IMG/VR virus record: IMGVR_UViG_3300037047_000216
Location: 10,078 to 74,077 of that record
Source: a virus
Lineage: Duplodnaviria; Caudoviricetes
Reading direction: 5' to 3' (one strand)
Length of the DNA: 64,000 nt
Numbering within the stretch: position 1 is the stretch's first letter; each line of letters begins with the position of its first letter. Shown here one piece after another: positions 52,169-60,425 of the stretch. The notes below the pieces were generated by a model, which did no database searches, was not told the DNA's origin, and worked only from the letters and a program-made list of their open reading frames with translations. A program made the position numbers and the translations under genes.

Positions 52169-53650
52169 AAGGATCTGCTGTTCCCGTTCGGCCGTCAACT
52201 TTTCGATCAGTGCCTTGGTCGCCGGGCTGTGGATGACCCGGCAGGGTGCGTTCTGGCTGAACGCGGCGGCCCATGCCTGCTGCGCCCGGTAGTCGTAACC
52301 CTTGTCCGTCAGCAGGACGTAACCCTCCGGGGGCGTCTCCCCGAACTGGCCGATCATGCCCTCTTCCCGCTCCATCCCGTTCCACGTCCAGGGATCGGGG
52401 CGGAAAATCACGGGGCACCCCGGGACCGAACCCTTGCCGGGCGTACCGGAGAACTTCATCCGGGGGTTGCATCCGGACATGGTCAGCTTGTAGACCGCGG
52501 AGGCCACGTCTCGGCTGTACGGCGACCGGGACGGGCCGGACACGATGAATCCGCCGTAACCGTAGAACCGCCGGGAAGCCGCGAGTCCGAGGTTCTCACA
52601 GAGGAGTTCGTTCCGAACGGTACGCTCCGCCGTGTACCCGTCCTCGAAAATGTAATTCGGTCGGATGCCGAATTCCTTCTCTGCCGCGAGGAACCGCCGA
52701 AGCTGGTCGTCCTGATCCCCCGAGTCGAATCGGACGGAACAGGGGCGGCTGAGATCCTCCCGCATCACCTGGATGGCTGCCGGGATCCCGGAGCGGATCG
52801 GGTCGTACGTGTCGAACAGGTAGCTGGGCGGTTCCGGACGCATGTCGCGGATGGCGCGGAACCCATCCAGATCCGAACCCCAGCGCTGCTGGTGCTCGTG
52901 CCCGGTCGTTCCCACCGGGATCATGTAGAGTTCCCAGGCCAGGAACACGTTCGAGGTCTTGTTGATGCCGTACTTCCGGCAGACCTTCAGGGCGATCCGG
53001 TGCTGCTGGATGCAGGTCGCGGCGCGCATCCCGACTTCGAACGCCCGTTCCCCCTGACTTTCGAGCGCCTGGAGGATCTCCCGGACACGGCTCCCGACAT
53101 CGGTCTCGTAAGCGTTCTGATCGACCCTGATCTCAACGGTCCTCCCGAGCGCCTCCGCCACCAGCCGGATGATGGTTGCCTCGTCCTCGCACGTGACGTC
53201 GAAAGTCTGCACCCCGTTCATCATCGCCGTGGCGACCTGGATGGGGTAGTGCAGCATGATGCTGAGGGGTTCGAGCCAGGAGGCGAGGAACTGCGGTCCC
53301 TTGACCGTGAACACCGGCTCGCCGCCCAGCACCCACGTGCCCTGCTTGATGGCATGGATTTCCAGCGGTTTGGTCAGGGCGACCTCTTCCGCCGGATTCA
53401 TCCCGTAACCGTTCGCCGTGAGGAACGCCTGCTCCTTGCTGTTGGCCGGTTCGGGCACCAGCAGGCGGACGATTTTCTCCATGTCGAACGGGATGTACCA
53501 GGGGCCTCCCTTGCGCAGGACGAGGTAGAACTTCTCGGGGCGCAGCGGGGCTCCCGCCTGCGACATGGCGAACTTGTATGCGTCGGACATCAGAGTCGAC
53601 GGACGGTCGCGTCCGATGAGCGCTCGAACGAATGCTTGCTCGCGGTCCAT
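52145..53650 (-). CDS. pncB: Nicotinate phosphoribosyltransferase
   Basis: SDAYK, EVGMR, TSNV, GTTGHE, FDTYD, VRFDSGD; the GT.xHE motif is PncB-type rather than NadV/Nampt-type. Confidence 0.85.
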   Translation of the reverse strand: MDREQAFVRALIGRDRPSTLMSDAYKFAMSQAGAPLRPEKFYLVLRKGGPWYIPFDMEKIVRLLVPEPANSKEQAFLTANGYGMNPAEEVALTKPLEIHAIKQGTWVLGGEPVFTVKGPQFLASWLEPLSIMLHYPIQVATAMMNGVQTFDVTCEDEATIIRLVAEALGRTVEIRVDQNAYETDVGSRVREILQALESQGERAFEVGMRAATCIQQHRIALKVCRKYGINKTSNVFLAWELYMIPVGTTGHEHQQRWGSDLDGFRAIRDMRPEPPSYLFDTYDPIRSGIPAAIQVMREDLSRPCSVRFDSGDQDDQLRRFLAAEKEFGIRPNYIFEDGYTAERTVRNELLCENLGLAASRRFYGYGGFIVSGPSRSPYSRDVASAVYKLTMSGCNPRMKFSGTPGKGSVPGCPVIFRPDPWTWNGMEREEGMIGQFGETPPEGYVLLTDKGYDYRAQQAWAAAFSQNAPCRVIHSPATKALIEKLTAEREQQILGIMQNAA

Positions 53651-53683
53651 GAATTCCCCTCGTCTCCCCGACCTTCCGAAACG

Positions 53684-53698
53684 GTGTATCTCTTACAC
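53684..53698. promoter_or_regulatory. Candidate NrtR operator
   Basis: Palindrome GTGT-N7-ACAC 34 nt upstream of pncB; matches the GT-N7-AC core. Confidence 0.45.
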
Positions 53699-53767
53699 AG
53701 ATAGCCGTGTCAAGGGTACACCGTTCTTTTTGGCGTCCAGGGGGTGCTTTTTTGCCCTCACCCTCAG

Positions 53768-53795
53768 ATACTCTGACCCCAGCGAGGATGATCCC
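53768..53795 (-). promoter_or_regulatory. Phage promoter motif (GAGTAT variant) upstream of pncB
   Basis: Motif copy; back-to-back with 53831. Confidence 0.65.
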
Positions 53796-53830
53796 AGATC
53801 CTGCACGAAGGTGCAGGTGGCTGGTTTTTC

Positions 53831-53858
53831 GGGATCATTCCCGATCTTTTCAGAGTAG
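53831..53858 (+). promoter_or_regulatory. Phage promoter motif
   Basis: Exact motif copy upstream of ardC. Confidence 0.7.
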
Positions 53859-53894
53859 TCTAGATGGACGGGGACGGGGAACCCCGCTGAGGAA

Positions 53895-54821
53895 ATGATG
53901 GCTCGCCAGTTCACGCCGCGCGATCGGTACGAGACGGTCACCAACCAGATCGTGGCGGCGCTGGAGCGTGGTGTGGCTCCCTGGGTGCGTCCCTGGAATG
54001 CGGACGCGGGTCGGCCGCGGAACGGGCACACGGGGCACGTGTACCAGGGGATCAACACCTGGGTCTGCTGGGCCAGCGGCTACGGAGACTCCCGCTGGTT
54101 CACGTTCAAGCAGGTCCAGGAGTACGGGAGCAGCCACGTTCGCAAGGGGGAGAAGGGCACCCACATCGTGAAGTGGGTGTTCCTGGAGGTCGAGCGCAAG
54201 CAGGACGACGGCACCATGAAGAAGGAACGGGTGCCCCGGCTGTTCACCTACGTCGTGTTCAACTACGAGCAGATCGAGTGGGACCCCAACCACAAGCCCA
54301 AGGGGCTTCCGGTGTCCGACATCGACCCGGAGAAGTCCTACACCGAGGCCGCCGTTTTCGTGCGGCGGCAGAACGCCAAGATCAAGCACGGCAGCGAGAA
54401 GGCGTGCTACTCCCCCCGGCACGACGAGATCTGGCTGCCGGATCCGAGCGCGTTCAAGACGGTCGAGGGCTACTGGGGAACCAGTTTCCACGAACTGGGC
54501 CACTGGACGGGGCACGTGAGTCGCTGCGCCCGCGACCTGACCGGCCGGTTCGGGGAGGAGAGCTACGCCGCCGAGGAACTGGTGGCGGAACTGACGGCCG
54601 CTTTCCTCTGCGACGAGTTCGGGCTGCAGGGGAACCTCCAGCACCCCGAGTACATCGGTAGCTGGTTGCGGGTGCTGAAGGGCGACAAGTACGCGGTGTT
54701 CACCGCTGCGCGCCTCGCCCGTGAGGCGATGGCCTTCATGAAGGGTGAGGCCAAGGACACGGTGGACGAGCAGACGGCCGAGCCCGACCCGAACGACACC
54801 GGGCTCTCCCAGGCCGCCTGA
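53895..54821 (+). CDS. ardC: Antirestriction protein ArdC (ssDNA-binding plus zincin-like domain)
   Basis: PWVRPW, YQGIN, WFTFKQ, VRKGEKG, FHELGHWTG, YAAEELVAEL, YIGSWL. Confidence 0.92.
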   Translation: MMARQFTPRDRYETVTNQIVAALERGVAPWVRPWNADAGRPRNGHTGHVYQGINTWVCWASGYGDSRWFTFKQVQEYGSSHVRKGEKGTHIVKWVFLEVERKQDDGTMKKERVPRLFTYVVFNYEQIEWDPNHKPKGLPVSDIDPEKSYTEAAVFVRRQNAKIKHGSEKACYSPRHDEIWLPDPSAFKTVEGYWGTSFHELGHWTGHVSRCARDLTGRFGEESYAAEELVAELTAAFLCDEFGLQGNLQHPEYIGSWLRVLKGDKYAVFTAARLAREAMAFMKGEAKDTVDEQTAEPDPNDTGLSQAA

Positions 54822-54834
54822 AAGGAAACTTCTG

Positions 54835-55086
54835 ATGCTCCTCAAGAACAAGATCACGACCGAGGAACTGGCGAAGGTTGTGGATGGTTGGACCCGGCTG
54901 GCCATGACCATGACCCCCGCGTACCAGTGGGAGAAACGCCTCGACTACAGCATCCCGACCCAGAAGTATCGGGTGCAGAAGCGGCGCCTCGGAGAGGGGT
55001 TGGAGTGGCAGGAAGCCTGCCTCACCCCCAATCCGGAGGAGGCAGTCATGGCTTACAACTCGATCCAGGATGGGGTGTCATGCTGA
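54835..55086 (+). CDS. Hypothetical protein
   Basis: AGGA upstream. Confidence 0.5.
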   Translation: MLLKNKITTEELAKVVDGWTRLAMTMTPAYQWEKRLDYSIPTQKYRVQKRRLGEGLEWQEACLTPNPEEAVMAYNSIQDGVSC

Positions 55087-55386
55087 CAGCCATGAACATC
55101 GTTCTCCCGTCCATGCACCACGGGAATTTCGGTCTGGAGATCCAGACCCGGGATCCCGAAAAGCGCCAGATGTTCGACAGCCTGTGCCTCGACAAATTTA
55201 GCTGTTACTACACCGATGTGCCGGACATCGAGGAGCGCCGGGCCTGGGGGGCATTCCACCAGGGACAGATCGCGAGTGGTCTTACTGGGAGTTCTGGATG
55301 GAGCAGGATCTGTCCAACCAGGAACGGCTCCTCCTCCTGGCCCTCGAATTCGAGGCCAAGCTGGGGATTCCGGTCGGCATCCGATA
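55080..55386 (+). pseudogene. Hypothetical gene with apparent frameshift near 55260
   Basis: MLTAMNIV...GAFH continues plausibly in another frame as (P)GTDREWSYWEFW...GIR-stop. Confidence 0.4.
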
Positions 55387-55392
55387 GGGGGC

Positions 55393-55420
55393 GGGATCAT
55401 CTCCCCCACCTTTCGAGTAG
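55393..55420 (+). promoter_or_regulatory. Phage promoter motif, 7 nt before GTG (leaderless candidate)
   Basis: Exact motif copy. Confidence 0.7.
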
Positions 55421-55427
55421 CCCGAGT

Positions 55428-55889
55428 GTGACCCCAACGGGAGACATCAGACATGCGCATCCGGAAGACGGCAAGCACACCCCAGCGTGCAAGCTGATCG
55501 AGGCGTGCTACCAGTTCATGGCGGGAAATGTCCCGGCATCCGATATCACAGCCCAGCAGGGTGACCTGATCTTTATCCAGCACCCGAACGATCCGGTCGT
55601 GGCGGGGGCGAAGGTCGAGGAGCCCCTAGCGAGCCCCGTGCTGGAGTTCGAGTCCCATAGGTTCGAGTTGGCCTCCTCCAAAAACGGTGACGGGGGGCTG
55701 AAGCTGTACGTCTCCAAGGCCAAGCAGCCGGACAATCGGCTGGGGTTCCTGTACACCCCAGAGGAGTTTCGGGTAAAACATCCGGAGCACATGAACATTG
55801 ATGCTCTCCCTGCTGGCTGGTACGAGATCCGCCGGTGCAAGTCATGGGAGGCCAATCCGAAAGCGATCTGGTCCCGAACGATCGACTGA
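55428..55889 (+). CDS. Conserved-looking phage hypothetical protein
   Basis: QQGDLIF...HPEH...LPAGWYEIRR motif. Confidence 0.65.
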   Translation: MTPTGDIRHAHPEDGKHTPACKLIEACYQFMAGNVPASDITAQQGDLIFIQHPNDPVVAGAKVEEPLASPVLEFESHRFELASSKNGDGGLKLYVSKAKQPDNRLGFLYTPEEFRVKHPEHMNIDALPAGWYEIRRCKSWEANPKAIWSRTID

Positions 55890-55900
55890 GGACGTGCCAG

Positions 55901-56128
55901 ATGTTTGAGACCTTCAATGTGTACCTCAAGGCCAGTATAGACACAAAGTCTCGGGCCATTACCCGGGTTTTCATCCACGGGTTCGTCGAGCCCCCGAAGG
56001 CGGCGGAAATGCCAGAGGTGGTGCTCTATTGGATTGGGGGTCCATCCCTCGACGAGGCCACTCGCCTTTTGCGCCAAGAGATCGAAAAACCACACTGGGC
56101 TTGGATTCGCCCGATTCTGGATGACTGA
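55901..56128 (+). CDS. Hypothetical protein
   Basis: ORF in operon. Confidence 0.5.
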   Translation: MFETFNVYLKASIDTKSRAITRVFIHGFVEPPKAAEMPEVVLYWIGGPSLDEATRLLRQEIEKPHWAWIRPILDD

Positions 56129-56140
56129 AAAGGGGCAGAC

Positions 56141-56437
56141 ATGGAAATCTTCACCATCGCTTGTGCCAAGTTCGATCAGGACGAGGGGTTTGCTCGTTTC
56201 CGAACGTGGGGCTGGTACCCGACTCTGGATGAAGCACGAGAGCATGTCGAGACGGGGGACGACCTGCTGTTCGAGGACGACACTTACGATTACGCCGTCA
56301 TCGAGGAGATCCCCGTGGGGGCTCCCGTACTAGCAGAATCCGCCCACTGGTTCCGCAAGGTGAAGGGTGAGGATCGAGCCGAGCCTTGCGCTCCGCCGTC
56401 GTGGGCAGAGGGCGGCATCAACTACACGATGGGGTGA
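56141..56437 (+). CDS. Hypothetical protein
   Basis: RTWGWY...LFE..YDYAVIEE. Confidence 0.6.
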   Translation: MEIFTIACAKFDQDEGFARFRTWGWYPTLDEAREHVETGDDLLFEDDTYDYAVIEEIPVGAPVLAESAHWFRKVKGEDRAEPCAPPSWAEGGINYTMG

Positions 56438-56445
56438 TTCCCACC

Positions 56446-56760
56446 ATGAACTACCGCAAAGCGTTTGCCGAGGCTGATCGACGGAACAAACTGCTCCGGG
56501 CCACACACCCTGGTTTCAATGGTGCTGTCCTTTTCCAGCACGGGGACGGGTCAACGCTTTTTTACAACTCCGCGTTTTACGAGGAGCTAGGGGAAGACGC
56601 TGAGGGTGCATGGTACGGGATTTTCACGGAACACCATGGAACCCATGTCTACCACAGTACGGATGGCCAGATCTGGGCTTTCATCAGAGCCGTCTCGCAC
56701 TGGTGGGAGACTCAGAACCCGACCGGAAAGTCAGGATCATCTCGGGTCGAGGAGGAGTAG
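56446..56760 (+). CDS. Hypothetical protein
   Basis: ORF in operon. Confidence 0.55.
   Translation: MNYRKAFAEADRRNKLLRATHPGFNGAVLFQHGDGSTLFYNSAFYEELGEDAEGAWYGIFTEHHGTHVYHSTDGQIWAFIRAVSHWWETQNPTGKSGSSRVEEE
56733..56760 (+). promoter_or_regulatory. Phage promoter motif (AGGATCAT variant)
   Basis: Motif copy. Confidence 0.65.
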
Positions 56761-56784
56761 AGCACTCGAGAGGAGGGCCTGTCC

Positions 56785-57075
56785 GTGACCAAAACGACGA
56801 CACGTGCTATCCCGAAGCGGGGACGGCAACTCCATCTCCCGGACGGCATCTGGCAGTTCCGTATCGGCCGGGGAGGGATCCGCCTTTGGGACCCACTCGG
56901 GAACAGCTACACCGTGAGGATGACTGATTTCACCGGGTGGTCTCCTACCGACCTCGAACGTGGCCGCTGGAAAGGCTACGCTCCGAAGATCGGTCCCGCG
57001 GATGTCAAGGAATACATCGAGACCCATGACTTGTACGCAGGGACGGGTTCTCAGAAACGAGCGGAGAGGCTCTAG
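56785..57075 (+). CDS. Hypothetical protein
   Basis: GAGGAGG upstream of GTG. Confidence 0.55.
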   Translation: MTKTTTRAIPKRGRQLHLPDGIWQFRIGRGGIRLWDPLGNSYTVRMTDFTGWSPTDLERGRWKGYAPKIGPADVKEYIETHDLYAGTGSQKRAERL

Positions 57076-57179
57076 ATGGACTGGGCCAGTTTCGCGGCGG
57101 GTGCCGGAGCAGCTACCCTGCTGATCCTGTTGGGACGGGTGGCGTACATCTTCATCGTAACCCGGTAAAAGGTCTCCCG

Positions 57180-57836
57180 ATGTTCGACTGCACGACGGAA
57201 CGATACGACGAGATTTATGCCCCCTGGCTGGCAAACCCGGGGGAGCTTCTGGATCTCGGCAACTATATCCCAGGGCGGGATCACTTGCTGGATCTCTGTG
57301 GGGGTTCCGGGATCGTTGCCTTGGAGGCACTGCGTAGGTCCTCCGAAAAGTCACGGAAATCCTCGATTGCCGTTCTGGACTTGAATCCCCGTGGAGGATT
57401 CAACCCCGACGACATCTCAGAGACCCACGGTCAGGCACAACACGCGTCGCTGATCTACAAACCGGGGACGTTCAATCTGGTCATCTGCCGTCAGGCACTG
57501 GGCTATCTGGATCTCGTTCCCGTGTTTCGCGCAGTGGGGCATGTGCTCGCTCGGGGAGGACGTTTCGTCTTCAACAGTTTCCTCCAGCCCCGACGCTATG
57601 CCACGAAGCATTACACGTATCGGGACCAGACATACGCGGAAGCACATCTGTATCTGATGGGTCGGGTGTTCCATGTTCAGTGTAAACTGACCGGAGTCCC
57701 GGGCGCCGATGTCAGTGTGTTTCGTTACCACTCTCCCGAAACCATCAGGAAAGCGCTCTGGGACAGCGGGCACAAGTGGCTGATCCGTGAGGACTGCAGG
57801 GATCGCAGCGTCCACTGGCTTTGCGTGAAGAGGTAA
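57180..57836 (+). CDS. Class I SAM-dependent methyltransferase
   Basis: LLDLCGGSG, VLDLN, FNLVICRQALGY, LARGGRFVF. Confidence 0.8.
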   Translation: MFDCTTERYDEIYAPWLANPGELLDLGNYIPGRDHLLDLCGGSGIVALEALRRSSEKSRKSSIAVLDLNPRGGFNPDDISETHGQAQHASLIYKPGTFNLVICRQALGYLDLVPVFRAVGHVLARGGRFVFNSFLQPRRYATKHYTYRDQTYAEAHLYLMGRVFHVQCKLTGVPGADVSVFRYHSPETIRKALWDSGHKWLIREDCRDRSVHWLCVKR

Positions 57837-57841
57837 CGGAC

Positions 57842-59047
57842 ATGGCACGGGTGCTGATCACGGGGGGTCCCGTCTATGGATGTCTTGATGACAACAAGCT
57901 CGTCAGCAACAGGGTCCGGGGCATCTGGGCATGTCAGTTCGCGGGGTACCTCTCGGCAAGGGGGCACTCCGTCACACTGCTCCTCGCTGACACGATGCCT
58001 GCGTTCCAGGATCTCAACACCCTGATTGGGGACAGGCCCGGTCGTGGGCCTCTCTGTCGCAATGGGGCAGCGGTCGACGGGGAGCCCGGAGCCATCCAGG
58101 TCGTCCGCCACGACGGGTACGAGAGCTACCGGGAGCAGTGTTTCGCGCTCGCCAAAACCCACGACGCCGCCGTACTCGCAGCGGCGGTCGTCAACTGGAT
58201 CCCCGTAGAGCCAGTCAAGGGCAAGATGCCCACGGCGGGCTACAAGGAGGGGGACATCATCCAGGTGCCCTTCGTCCTCGCCCCCCGAGTCATCCAGGGG
58301 ATGAAATCCCAGAACCCGAAGCTGACCCTCATCGGCTGCAAGATGCTGATCGGGTCGACGGAGGAAACGCTGATCGACTCCGCTTACTCCGGAGTCCTGC
58401 TCCCGGCACGTTGCAATGCTGTCGTGGCGAACGACATGGGCGCCGGGTTGAAGTGCAAGTACATCGTCAACAAAGACCGCAGCGTGCAGAAATTCGACAA
58501 TGACTTCGACGGGTTCTTCGGGGCACTCGCAAACATCGTCGAGGATGAGCATTTCCACACGGAGTTCATTGAGCAGCAGGAGACCCCCGAAGGGATCCAC
58601 ATGATGCTCAGGAAACCTTGCCAGGAGTTTGACCGGATCGTGGAACGGAACCGAAACAAGTTTCTGCCGGTCGAGGGCGGACGGGTGTTCGGGTCGGTTG
58701 CGGTTCACGCCTGCGGGCTCGGTTGGCTAGTCTCCCCCCGGGAAAAGGGTGAGTTGTTCACGTCCAAGGACGCGACGATCGTACAGTGGATGAGTGTCAG
58801 GGAGCGGGCTGTCCGCGTGCCTGAGGGCTGGAGCAAGCCCACGTTGAACGCCCCGCTGCTCATCCGTTTCGCGATGCAGTTCAACTACAACGCCGTGTTG
58901 CACTACCACCAGCTTGTCGAAATGTTGCCGACGTTGCCTTACGCGCAGCCGGGCACGGTGCGGGACAACTGCCGGGAACTGCCCGAGGAATGTCGCAACG
59001 GGTTCAACATCAAGGGGCACGGGTGCGTCATCCCCGTATTGCCGTGA
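57842..59047 (+). CDS. CoaB/DFP-like phosphopantothenate-cysteine ligase domain fused to a C-terminal aldolase-II-like domain
   Basis: VLITGG...D...VSN...G, LAAAVVNW, LIGCK, VVAND. Confidence 0.65.
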   Translation: MARVLITGGPVYGCLDDNKLVSNRVRGIWACQFAGYLSARGHSVTLLLADTMPAFQDLNTLIGDRPGRGPLCRNGAAVDGEPGAIQVVRHDGYESYREQCFALAKTHDAAVLAAAVVNWIPVEPVKGKMPTAGYKEGDIIQVPFVLAPRVIQGMKSQNPKLTLIGCKMLIGSTEETLIDSAYSGVLLPARCNAVVANDMGAGLKCKYIVNKDRSVQKFDNDFDGFFGALANIVEDEHFHTEFIEQQETPEGIHMMLRKPCQEFDRIVERNRNKFLPVEGGRVFGSVAVHACGLGWLVSPREKGELFTSKDATIVQWMSVRERAVRVPEGWSKPTLNAPLLIRFAMQFNYNAVLHYHQLVEMLPTLPYAQPGTVRDNCRELPEECRNGFNIKGHGCVIPVLP

Positions 59048-59056
59048 GGGTCACAC

Positions 59057-59326
59057 ATGTTGACGTTCGATATTGTCTGGTTTTTCAAAGGGAAATGTTA
59101 CGTCTGGTCATTTCGTTCCGACAGGGAATATGACCACATGGAAACGTCCCCTGAAGTCCATGCTGTCATGACTTTGCTGACCGAAGCTGGAGTCCCTTGG
59201 CAGGTGTACCGGCTCAAGGACGACTCGTACTGTGCATTCCACACACCGGATCTTGAAACTCTGTTTGGAGATGGTGCTGAGTGGCTCAAGAATCGGCGGC
59301 TGGCTGTGGCAGCGGGAGTGGCATGA
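59057..59326 (+). CDS. Hypothetical protein
   Basis: ORF in operon. Confidence 0.5.
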   Translation: MLTFDIVWFFKGKCYVWSFRSDREYDHMETSPEVHAVMTLLTEAGVPWQVYRLKDDSYCAFHTPDLETLFGDGAEWLKNRRLAVAAGVA

Positions 59327-59360
59327 TGAGCGAGACCTACGAGTACCAAGGGATGTTCCG

Positions 59361-60308
59361 TTAGTCTGAAAAACGGTCTAGCATCCCCATGGTCCTCTTA
59401 AGATAGTCCCGAACCCCTTTGGTGCGGGCTGGGTCTGCCGCTTTGGCATTTGACTTGACGTAACCGTCCCAGTCTTGAAGCACACCTTTCATCGCTTTGA
59501 TGTGATCCTTTGTGATTTCACCCTCTTTTAGCCCCTCGTAAATGGAACTTGTTTCCTTCTTGAACTGTTCGACCACACCTGCATCTTCTGTCCACCGATC
59601 AAGGGCTTTGGCGACATTTCCTGTGTTGGCGGTGAAGTAATTTGGTTTGAAACCTGGGACTACAGGGCTGTCTTTGCGGACTGATGGTTTCGGTGCCGCC
59701 GGTTTCTTCGGAAGTCCTTTGGATTTCGGGATGGTAGAACGCTCGCGCCGTTCACCACCCCCACCGATGTCCTTAGGCATGATCGGTTTTTTGTCGTCCT
59801 CTTCGTAGAACAGATCTTCCGCACGCTCGAAAAGCACTTCCGCAACATCATGGTAATTATGGTCTCGTGCGGCTTGCGCATAGGCATAGGCTTTTTCGTA
59901 GCGGGTGATTTCTTTGGCCCGGACTTTTGCATTTTCGATTTCAAAATCCCGATCATTGTCACCTTCTTTGATGACCTTGTTCACCCAATTGTAGTCCGCT
60001 TTTGTTGGCTGTTTCTCCTCAATCTCTTTGCGTTTTTCCTTCCAGCGTCCGCTGGGGGTTTTCAAATTTTCGCGGCGGTCGTGCATCTGAATCGACTGGT
60101 ACAATGAGACGGGTTTGCCCCCACCGCCAGGAGATTTCGATTTCTGCACGGTGTGCTTGCTCGGATTCGCTCCTGGATGTTCTTTCAGGTATTTCTTGCG
60201 TGCATCCTCCGTTGGAAACTCCATAGCCGTCCGCTGTAGAATCGGAACCAGATGTTTACGAAGTTCCGGGATTTCGTGTGCCAGTCTAATCAGTTGCTCT
60301 CGTAGCAT
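59361..60308 (-). CDS. Charged protein with shared N-terminal leader (paralog of 25386..25952)
   Basis: MLREQLIRLAHEIPELRKHLVPILQRTAMEFPTEDARKKYLKEHP; start placement approximate. Confidence 0.7.
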   Translation of the reverse strand: MLREQLIRLAHEIPELRKHLVPILQRTAMEFPTEDARKKYLKEHPGANPSKHTVQKSKSPGGGGKPVSLYQSIQMHDRRENLKTPSGRWKEKRKEIEEKQPTKADYNWVNKVIKEGDNDRDFEIENAKVRAKEITRYEKAYAYAQAARDHNYHDVAEVLFERAEDLFYEEDDKKPIMPKDIGGGGERRERSTIPKSKGLPKKPAAPKPSVRKDSPVVPGFKPNYFTANTGNVAKALDRWTEDAGVVEQFKKETSSIYEGLKEGEITKDHIKAMKGVLQDWDGYVKSNAKAADPARTKGVRDYLKRTMGMLDRFSD

Positions 60309-60373
60309 CGTGGTAACCCCCATCGGTTTTGCATCCCTGACAAGAACCTCGAACAGGCAAAAAACCAAACCCT

Positions 60374-60401
60374 GGGATCATATCGCCCCTTGGCAGAGTA
60401 G
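60374..60401 (+). promoter_or_regulatory. Phage promoter motif
   Basis: Exact motif copy upstream of the RNA ligase. Confidence 0.7.
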
Positions 60402-60425
60402 AAGGGAGGAAAGGAGGTTTCTGGT

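Noticed and set aside
52145-53650. Nampt (NARP2-type) assignment for the phosphoribosyltransferase
   Set aside because: The GTTGHE motif and the neighbouring nicotinamidase and NadE fit PncB better; not fully excluded without an assay
57072-57284. Minus-strand 70-aa ORF
   Set aside because: Overlaps the methyltransferase on the opposite strand inside a plus-strand operon
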